From Ostrea edulis (taxonomy: Eukaryota): DNA of 64,000 nucleotides. The stretch lies in contig NC_079172.1 in the NCBI RefSeq assembly GCF_947568905.1, positions 17,422,001 through 17,486,000 on the forward strand, in the 5' to 3' direction. The notes below the pieces were generated by a model, which worked only from the letters and a program-made list of their open reading frames with translations, had not been told where the DNA came from and did not search any database. Within the stretch, counting starts at the first letter, position 1, and each line of letters opens with the position of its first letter. The position numbers and the translations under genes were made by a program. Below, in pieces: positions 39,901 to 51,567 of this stretch.

Positions 39901-42900
39901 AAATTGCAAGAATTATGCATGTCATTTTTCTGTACTCATAAGATGCTGGTGAAAAAATGTCATTTTTAACATCTATAACCTAATTACATGTTTCATATTC
40001 ATATCTAAGTAGACATGTCTGCTTTCAAATTAAAGTTGTCAACACAGAACCCAACATGTTCTTCTTTGTTTGTCATAGCAACAATACTATATCTAAATTT
40101 AATTTAAACAATATTTTATTTATATGTGTAAACATAAATGGATTAGATACTAGGCATTGCTTATACACTAACCACCATAAATAAGTATACACATAAGCTT
40201 TTTACACATTTTGGCATGAAATATATTCAATATAAAAGAGAGCTGAATTCACTGTGTATAACTTTCAATTTATCTCAGTAAAATAATCAGTTATGGGTAC
40301 AACTTCAATATATGTGAAACAATGGATAGTCAATGTTTATGGCGAAGTATGTTAAATTGTGATATTGGTTTATTTACTGTGAAATTCAAAGTGTCTTGTA
40401 AAAGTACACATCAAATACACAATAATATGTATTAGTAATTAATTTGAAATGGTTTCTAGTTGAAAGTTTGCATAATAGCTCTTTTTAGAAAATTCAAAAA
40501 ATGAAGTATTTTAATAAAAAAATAAGGATTTAAAAAAAAATCAAAAGCCTAATGTCATATATTTATAACCAAGAGTTATGTATTTCGTATTGAAAAATCT
40601 GTATCAATGATGTAACCCATTTTTTATATGCGCAAGTAACTTATTTTGGTGTGTGTATACTTATCTATGGTGGGCAGTGTATAAGCCTTCTCCCTACAAG
40701 TACACTGCATCTAAATGTACATGGATAGTATGTAGATCCTATAGATGTCTTATGCCTGATTATATTTTTAGGAGAAGAGAGTGTGCACAACATTAGTTTA
40801 ACATGAAATTCAATTCATTCCATTTTCCTCTCGAGTTTATTGTTCAATTTATTCATACATACATATACATATTGGTATACAAGGTAGGATTAAACATAAT
40901 ATAGGATTTTACATGTCAGAGGTAATATCATATACAATGGAAAAATAATAAGATAAAAAATAAAAGAATGAATTTGTATACCCCAAACCAAACAATGTGT
41001 GCAAATGTATATGCATGAAGGTAATTTCATCAATATTTCCTGTATATCATGAAGGGTTTTTTTAATGTCTAATGTCATGAATTTTTTCATTAATCAAAAC
41101 TTAAAAGTATGTATCAAATTTATGACAAATGTTGTGAAATTGAAAAAAATAAATAAAATAAAACTTTATTCCAGATCAGTTGTAACATGATTTTCCCAAA
41201 AACTTTAATTTACATTTTAATTTTTTCCAGTATTGCAGAAAATCAGGTGTTTAATTAAAGCAATTTACACCAATAGTTGATGCAAAATCCTGAGGACCTC
41301 TTAATGGCTTGGGTGTTAGGTATTTAAGGTTAATCATTCCTATCTGTGATCTGACACTTGTGCTCAGATCTCGTTAACTCAATCCTGTTGTGATTAACTA
41401 GGATATGACATACTCAGAAAACAGCAAATAGTAGAATGCTTATATATATATATGAGCAATATTTATTCTGATCTATCTTCCAGAAATAAATTTCATAATG
41501 ATATACAGTATAAATATCTGTGTATTAAAAAAGTCATCTTTTAATATCAAATGAATATTATTATACCCATAATCTTACCCACAATTCCACTGTCAGCCTG
41601 ACTTCCTGTTGCTGATTTGTCAGAGAGTACATCCTCCTCAATAAACTGATAGGGATCTAGATCTATCTGTGCTTGAGCCAGTGAACTGCTCAACAAATCA
41701 TACGCTTTAGAACCTGGGGTTGCCTCCCCCTGGGGAGCACTTTCTGTAACAACTTTGGGCTCTGCTGTGAGTCTGCGAGTTTCTGTCTGTCCTGCTGCGT
41801 TTGTCACTGTATAGAATATTCCTGTTTGTGGGTCCAGATCTCCTTGAAGATTCAGATTACGAGCAATCTGTTCTAACTCATTCTGTGATGTGATTTCAGG
41901 ACCCTGAGCTGTGTTTACAGTTTCTATGACAACACTCTCTTCTGATGTAGACTCCTGACTCTATACACATAATTTAAATATCAATAAAATTGCAACATAC
42001 ATTCAAAATACAGATACTTTATCATTTACATGTGACGAATTTCTTTCAACAAGCTGTAAGATAACACTGAAGAATGCCATCTTACCTCTTCCATCATCAT
42101 TGCTTCACTCTGTTCTGGATTATTCAATATTTTCATAGCTTGTTCTATAATAAATTGGTATAAAAACTTCACTCAGAATGTACTATTACTGTACATATAT
42201 ACATGTAATTACATATAAAGCATGGATGTCACCAATTAAAGTTTACAAAAACAGATTATAATGCATATTTTTGAGAGGACTACTAAATGACGTTAATTGC
42301 AAAAATAATCAGAATTCTTCACATGGCTTACCAATTGTGTAGAATTGTTGCTGAGAAAGCTGATCTGACAACTGTCCAATGTCAACACTAGAAGACCTGT
42401 AAATATTTCAAAAATGCAGGTTTCCGAAAAATATATTAGCTTGACAAATTCAACATTATGCAAGTTGGGATGTAGAGGAGACACTACACTCTTCCCTTTT
42501 CCTTCTCCCTATTTTTCATTTCTCCTCATCCCCACGTACCTGCGATTGTTGCCTTCCATTAATCCCCGTCTTTGGCTGATTTTTCATATCTGTGGCTACC
42601 CATCGTCGACTGAACTACTGACTAACCTTTGAACAGTGACCTTTGGCTTGCTGGAACTTTGTTGCTCAATAAGCGCCTGTACAGCAGCATTATCAACCCC
42701 TGCCTGGAAGGATGGGTTATTGTCATCATACTCAAACCATTCATTGCTGGGGAGATTATCACCTGAGGTACCTGGAGCAAAATAAAAGTACCATGTACAG
42801 GATGTAGACTGGCAAGAATAGCGAAAGAACGTACTGTAGAATCATTTTAATTTATGGGGGGCAATGTTCGTGGGTAAGCAAAATTTTGCTGGTTCGTGGG

Positions 42901-45900
42901 GACGTCATTTCGTGGATAAGCGAAACGATGTCACCAGAAGAGATAACTCTACTTGATTTAAAAAAAATGTTCAAGAACACGTAAATTTGTGGGCAAGAGT
43001 GACCCAAAAAATCCACGAACATCAATCCCCCACGAACATCAATCCCCCACAAACATTAATCCCCCACGAACATCAATCCCCCACTAACATTAATCCCCCA
43101 CGAACATCAATCCCCCACAAACATCAATCCCCCCACGAACATTAATCCCCCCACGAACATCAATCCCCCACAAACATCAATCCCCCCACGAACATCAATC
43201 CCCCCACGAACATCAATCCCCTACGAACATCAATCCCCCACGAACAATGATGATTCCACAGTACATGGCTTTTCTACTGTACCTTTACTGGTCGCTGTGT
43301 CGGACTGACTACTAGCACTTCCTGTCAGAGCAGCCAGTGTGGCTTCATCAAGGTTAATGGTGACATCACCCCCACCCTCCGTATCCTGACTGGCTGCCTG
43401 AATCAGATCCTGGATCAATTTTCCTTCTGCATTCTCGATACGAACTCTCTGAAACAAAGCCATTTGAGATGCTCTACTGAGTTATACTGAAGTGCAAATC
43501 TAATCTATCATTTCATCTATTCATTTTGAAACTTTACTGCGAGAGACAATCATAATTTTGATAACATATATTCTGATAAAAAAATTTTTTTCACTTGTAT
43601 TAAGTACCTGTCTTGTGGCTTCCAGTTGTCCTGGAGTCGTAACAATAACTTTTCTCTCTATAGGTCTTTGGGTTCCTGAGGGTGATGTTACCACAATATG
43701 TTTCGTACTATCTTGTTTCTGTAGGAAACTCACCAACTCCTATGCAAGGAAGAAGAAAGATTCTGGTTTATACATGTATATTGTAAATGTACATTATTAT
43801 GTGCGGTACTTATTTCTGCAGAGTCGGAGGTCACATAAAATCCACTGAATTTCATACCAGCAAACTTAAAGCAAGGATGATATTTTCATGTAATCCATAT
43901 ACTACTCAGTGTAATTAAGTACCCAAAGACCAAACGAAATTATGACTCCCTGGAGTGGGTTACATCTACTGTATTGTAGATTACTTAATTGGAGGGGAAG
44001 CAAATAATTCTAAATCAGAAAATATTTAGCATTTATTTCTTAAAACAAGATTTCCCTATGACCCATGCAAACATGTTTTCTGTGAAAACTTCATCTCCAA
44101 GACATATTGCTGCACTGACCTTTTCAAATGGACTTGAGATGACAGTTGTTCCCCTTACTGTGGAGGTAGGTGTTCCCACGAGACGCCGGGGTTGGGTCTT
44201 CTGTACAACAATTACATTAGGTTTTCCACCTGCAACCATTCATAAATAAATATAATGTCATACTCAGGTTAAGGATATATCGTATTCATCCATGAATTAA
44301 TATATAGCATATCCGTCCTGATGATCCAGACTTACTTCCACCTGTTGCGGATTTAACGGCTGTCAGATGTAGTGTTTTAGGATTCACCGTTACAACATTT
44401 GGACCACGGCTTGTTCCTGTTGAGATCACTTTTCCACCTTGTGTGGTTATGTTTAAAATCTTCGTGCCTGCTTGACCTTCAAGATAAAATATGTTGTTTT
44501 CTGCCAACCATAAATCAGAAAAACAAAACTTTCATTCATTTTATAAAAATTTACCATACACAGTACATCTGAGACATGGGCCATATTCAGAGAAATACTT
44601 TATTCTCATACCGATGGATGTAATGGGTTTGGTCACCATAGTGACATTGGAGGAAGTTGATGCTCCTGGACTGACGACAACTACAGGAGTACCAGAGCTG
44701 GTGGGGAGCTGCGATGGCTTGGGTAGAATCTTGCTCCCACCTGACCCAGGAAAGCTCTGGGTAATTATCTTCATACCTGCAATGAGACAAAATTTCAATG
44801 TCTGTAGTACTTTACAGGTCCTCCATTAAGGTACATGTAGCTCACTACACTAAAGCTTATAGTCTGTATGACATCATGTCACAAGATGGCGATTTAAATG
44901 TTTTGTGAAATTATTTGAATTGATCGATTTGTTTGTCTATCATCGTAGCTCAGTGGTTAAAGCACAGGGCTGGTAAACCACAGATCTCGAGTTCAAATCC
45001 CCCAGAGTCTTTTGTTCATATGTAATGAAATAATTTTTTTGAAACTCATGTTTTTATCCAAATTTGTATATTTTTTGCCTTTTTGGCATATATACTTATT
45101 GTATATCATCATATCTTTTACAATTAAATCAATTTGTACTGATTTGAGAAACTATTTCTGGGTGTAGTGAGCCACCTTAATTCATTGAATAGAATTGATG
45201 TAATCATTTAAAGTAACATTAAATAGGAATAGATTTTTGAAATTGCACTGTACTAGTTTTTGAATGGAGAGTCAGTCCAGTATTCTTTAAACTTACCTCC
45301 CTCCTGTCGGATCTGAATTGTGGAGGGAGACTTGCCCACTGGTTTTATCTGAAAGTTCTGCATGGACTGTGGGGAAGGTTGAATAGGTTGTGGCCCCATG
45401 GGGATGACCACGCCCGGTTTCTGCTGACTCTGGCTCTGCAGTAGAAGAAACAAATCTATCAATGATAAAAAAAAAAAATACATGTTGCTGTCAAGGGCCT
45501 GGGCCTTTCCAATTGGGATAAACAGCAAAATTTGCTCAAAATTAGTAAAAACGTTTCATGCAAAAAAAAATGGGGGGGATGGGGGATGAAACCAGTTCAC
45601 TATGGTATAATTGGACTCCTTGTGACTTTCAATTTGTCAAAGCTTACCTCATTTAAATAAGCAGAGGCCAAAAAAATTAGGTTTACTTAGCAATTTTGAG
45701 GCAAAGTTTTGTAATTTGTGGGCCTGTGTAGGAGATGAACAATAAGGCTAGCCTGCTTTGATTTGTCGTCATTGTTTGAGGATTTTAAAGCAACATGAAA
45801 TGTTTCAGAAAAATGTATGGGAGACTTCCAAAATTGTGTCAAAGGGCCATAACTCTTGACAAAATTCAGGTGAAAATCCAGTTTAAAAATGCACTTTTAA

Positions 45901-48900
45901 CAGTAGAATTTTTTTGGCTTGGTTTACAGACACTGGTGTTGTCCAAAGTGTTTTATTCTGTTTCTTTTCCAAAAGTTCTTTGTGAGGGGTACAATTTTTT
46001 TTTAATTGCAAGTGTTTTGTTTTCTATTTCCTTTGGAGGACTTGCATTCAGTAAAAAAAAGGTAAAATTTTAAAACTTAAATTAGGCCATGCATCAATTT
46101 TGCAGAAATAGGATAACATGTACATTCACTGTGTGTATTTCAAATTTCTATTTATTGCCATTGCTTATCAATTGCAATTATTAAGACACATTTTGTTTCA
46201 GTCTAGTTAGATCCAGTTTTGTTTCAATCTAATATTAGATTCGTTTTTTAATGCCGTCTATCCATGTATGAATACATACATTCCCTGAATTCCGCGACTT
46301 CCTTTGCATCATTGTTGAAAACTGTTTTCTGGTTTATTTTCATTATTTGAATAATAATAAATAATGCTTACCTATATCAAATGATGGTTTATATTTTGTA
46401 TTTAGAGTTTGTCCTTTTTGGACCATTTCCCTTTATCATCGTTCAAAAGAAAATCATTACCAAATATGGAGAAAAGTCAAGGTCAGTTCATTTTCAGCTG
46501 TTACCTTAAAATAACTTACAGATCAATAATATCTATATATTTTACATATTTGAAAGTATTCATAAAAAAAAAAAAAAAAAGAATAGAATGTCTTTCTTTG
46601 GGTTCTTAATCGGTATATAAAGGTCACAAATTTGCAGATCTTGTTAACCTGAGTTACAAACGATTGATAGACATTTCTTATTTAAATAATTTAAGTTCTG
46701 TCAATGCATGAATAAAATGATGCAAACTTCATATTTTGAACACATGAAACAAAATACTTGCAGGTTGTAACAGTGTAAAGGGTTGTTTGAAAAAGCTCTA
46801 CTAATAGTTTCTAAAGAATTACCACAGGAAATCTCTGCCTAGGAACAGTTTTAGGTCGTGGCCTTTGAATGCTGACGGTTGGAGTCAAGAAGGTCATCGT
46901 TGATGTTGAAACAGCAGTTGTCGCAGAATCTGAAATTAAATAAGATTTTGTTTTGGAAACTGTACTGGTATTTTAGAAGAGCCTGCGTGTGTAATTCTCC
47001 ACTGTTCCAGATAACTGAAGAGTAAAGTTATCTCACATAAAACACTTACACCAGATTTCAATATTTTGGTATGACAAGATAAAACTAGAACTGTCCTAAT
47101 GGGACTAATACCTCCCGCGGGGCATATAAGATGATGGGAAATATTTAATGCAAGCACATTGGATATTTTCACATTATCTACAGGGCAATCAATGTGAATG
47201 CAGAAGTGTATATTCTACAGTACAGCAGTACATGAAATATTAAAAATATGCTTAATATAAACAATGAATACTATTTGGCACATTTTAGGTTGTATGGTTG
47301 CAAATCCCTGGTCAACTCTTCTAGTCTTTAGTTTATATTCACTTTGTTAAAGATCATTATGTTATGCCAACTTTACTTTGTCATTGATTTTGTCAGTAAA
47401 CAAATGACATTAGCTCAAGTATTGGTATTATTGTAATCTTTTCCACTGGTATAACAACTCTAAGTAGCTGCAATAAAGGCAGTTTACTATGAATCCCATT
47501 GCCAGGGATAGTTGAGATTATAAATACTATCTGACAAATAAGTATTCAACACACATGAGCCACTTTATGTTTTACCGAGAAGTCACAAGATTGCAGATAC
47601 AGTATGTGGATGCCAAACCCGAAAATGTCCGTAACTTCCATAACTGTTAAAATATTTCAATGAAAATAGAAGATGCACAACTACATTATATATATAAAAT
47701 GAGAATAAAGTTTGAATCAAATCTGTTCAACGGTATTAGAATTAAACTCTGGACAAAGTGTGCAACCCCCAAAATGAAAAGAAAATGTGCATAACTTCTA
47801 TAACTGTTAAAATATTTCAATGAAAATAGCAGATGCACAACTACATAATATATAGAAGATGTGCATAAAGTTTGAATGAAATATGTCCAGCGGTATTAGA
47901 AATAAACTTCGGACAAATTGCGTCTACGGACAAACGGACGGACAGACTGACAAAGTGATTCCAGTATACCCCCCCAAACTTCGTTTGCGGGGGGTATAAT
48001 TACTTCAGAAATGCTTAAAATTCAGAAATACTGCAGAGTTAGTTTTACTTGAAGTTGATGACATGGGAGTTGCCATTGTGACTATATTGCTGAGATTCCC
48101 ATTGGATGATGACCCAGAGGTTGGTAAAAAGTTAGAAGACTTTGGATTGGGTGTGGTTCCTAGAGAGCTGGTTGTTTTAACCACTGGGACTGTGATTGAC
48201 TTCTGATGAAGAATGCTGGAGGAGGATGCTTGTCCAGAACTAGATACTAGAATAACCTGTAGGGAAGCAAAGTATTGTCAATGGTCTCAATTGTAACACT
48301 CCTAAACATGTATGCACATTCATACTTACATGCACTAGTTTCTATTTTCAATCTTAATACTAGCATATTCTATTTTATGTAGCATGGTACAATTAAGCAG
48401 CTGGAAAAACCTAAATAAGCCTTCTCCAGATGTTTACTAATGTTTTGTTGGTAATAATTCTATGCTGTTTTGATGAAATATATTTTTTCAATAAAGTGCA
48501 CCGCCACGGCACATGATACGCCCGTCACATACTGTTAACATGAACATATCACCATGAAGAGATAGGTATGCATGGAACCAAATGTCAACCTTCCTTTAAG
48601 AATCTTACCCACTTTATGGCCTCATGTGACATTGCTTCAAATATTGATAATGTAAGCTTAATGATTTTTAAAAGGATATAAAAACATTTTCCCAAATGTT
48701 TTCAATGAAATGATTAAAGTGCAAGATAGCCCTTTAACCAAGCAAACAACTTACAATAAATGGGAGTACTCAAAAAGGTTGATTTATTCAACATATCAAA
48801 AAATACATATATCAGTATCTGCCTTTGTCAAGTCTTCAAGTATAAAAGTAAAAAATGCATGGTGATGTCAATATAAATAAATATAGATTAAAAACGGTTA

Positions 48901-51452
48901 TTTCAAACACTGGTGCATCTCCTATGGTGTAGTTATTCATTAGAAAAAAATAATACATCATATATTTCTCAACTGGTTGTGTTAGACTTGAGAAATGCAC
49001 ATCTGCAGCTTTGCTCATTGTATTTTAAGGAATGAAGAACAATGCACAGCGTAATAAAACATCAAACATTAGTCATTATGTTTATTCTTAGACTGTAAAA
49101 CTGTCATCTTAGTGAGACATGACAATCTGCACCTTGTTGTTGAGATATAAAATAAAAATATATTTTACAATATCATATTAATTCTTAAACTTTATACCAA
49201 ATAAACTTTCAAAGTAATGGCTACCAATTAGAACTGTTCTAAAATTTGACAGATCAATTAGAAGGCCAGATTCCTCTGCCCAATTCCTGATTGCAAGAGA
49301 TATAGATAGCACCTCCTTGATCAGATTGCTGTAACAGAAATCTTCTAAACTCATTAATTAATCTGTAATTTGACAGAATGCAATTTTTCTGTTAGCAAAA
49401 TGCCTCCTGAATTGCTTGATAATTACACCCATGGGACAAGGGAAATTTCTCTTGTTACTGACACAAAAGAAATAATTTGTTTGTTATATACTGCTGTATA
49501 GTACAGTGTATATAATGAAGAATGTGTAGTTTCTTGAATTAACATTTTTTAATATGGTTATTGCAATATTATTTCATCTGTTCAGATTTACACAAATGCC
49601 CAATCTGCAGCTTTGTTCATTGTATATCTTTTTTCTGAACAATAACAAAACATCAAAATACTAATCATTAAAATAGGCCTTTATACATATTGCAACCATT
49701 TGTTGTCTTAGTGAGAAATGATACTCTGCATATAGGTTGCTGAGAAAAAAAATTAAAAATTATATAGTACAATGTCAAATTAATTTTGAAAATAAAGACT
49801 AACCACAACAAACAAATTCACTTTCACAAATAATTTCTGGTATATCTGCAATTAAGAGGCTAAGATCTCTCTGCCCAATTCCCTAGAGATAAAGATAACA
49901 CCTGCTTGATCATGTTGATCAGAGATGCTCTACACAAAACTCATTAATTAGTCTTGTCAAAATGCCCTTTGCATGCTACTCCCATGGGACAAGTGGAATT
50001 TCTCATGTTATTGTTAGAAACAAAGGAAACATTACATAGGCTAAAAAAAGCTGTACAGTATATCATAAAAAAAATATGTGTTTTCTTGATGTAACATTTT
50101 TGAATGAGGTTTTCTACAAAACTCTTATATGAGTAGGGATTGTACCAATTATAACATACTTTTTTCAAAAAATCACTTCAACTAAATGTCACAGTGACCT
50201 TAAAGTACAGTGCGACACACCTTCTACCTAAGATGCATAAGTTGACCAAGTTTCATGATTCTAGATCAAATAGTTTTCAAGTTATGAGCCGGACAGGGTT
50301 TTACCATATTTGGCCATATCTTCTTAATTAAAAGTCACAGCGACCTGGTTTTAATGTGCGACACACCTTCTACCCAAGATGTATCAACTGACAAAGTTTG
50401 ATTATTCTAGGCCTTATAGTATTTAAGTTATGAGCCGGACACGAAAAAGCTAACAGACGGACGGACAGACGGACGGACATGAAGGCCATAACATAATACG
50501 GCCCGTCTTAAGACGGGCGTATAATAAAAGCAATGACCTTCGAATTTGACATAAACAAGTTAAATTACCAAATGTTATATAAGGAATAAAGAATAAATAT
50601 GAAGGTTGTTGTTATTAAGGGGAATATCTAAAAAAAAAAAAAAAACCCAAAAAAAACCAAGAGGCCCATGGGCCACATTGTTTTGAGTCACCTTGGCCCA
50701 TGTATAAAGATTTTCCCTATATATACGCATGTAAAACTTTGATCTCCATTGTGGCCCCAACCTACCCCAAGGAGCCATGATTTTTAAATACTTGAATCTG
50801 TACTATGTCAGGAAGCTTTCATCATGTAAATGTAAACTTCTATGGCCCAATGGTTCTTGAGAAAAAGATTTTGAAAGATATTCTCTATATACTTGTATGT
50901 AAAACTTTGATCCCCTGTTGTGGCCCAATTATACCACCAGGGGCCATGATTTTAACAAACTTGAATCTGCACTATGTCATGAAGCTTTCATTTAAATGTA
51001 AACTTTTCTGGCACAGTGATTCTTCAGAAGATTTTTAATGATTTTTCCTATATATTTGTATGTAAAACTTTGATACCCTATTGTGGCTCCATCCTACCCT
51101 CGGGGGTCATGATTTGAAAAAACTTGAATCTGCACTATGTCAAGAAGCTTTCGTGTAAATTTGTATGCAGGAAGTTTTCAATAAGATTTTCCCTATATAT
51201 TTGCATGTAAATATTTGATCCCATATATGGCCCCAACCCATCCCCGCGGGTCATGATCTAAACAAACTTGAATCTCCACTATGTCAAGAAGCTTTCAAGT
51301 AAATTTCAGCTCTTCTGACCCAGTGGTTCTTTAAAAGGTTTTTAAATGACCCCACCCTATTTTGCATTTTTATGATTATCTCCCCTTTGAAGGGGGCATG
51401 GCTCTTCATTTCAACAAACTTGAAAGCCCTTCACCCAAGGATGCTTTTTGCA

Positions 51453-51492
<40 letters not shown>

Positions 51493-51529
51493 TCTAAAAT
51501 TTGAAAAGTTTTCAGACAGCCGATGGACA

Positions 51530-51567
<38 letters not shown>

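Noticed and set aside
44944-45005. tRNA-like sequence, also at 1479 and 61450
   Set aside because: Box A/B motifs are present but the acceptor stems do not pair; these are repeat-derived, not tRNA genes.
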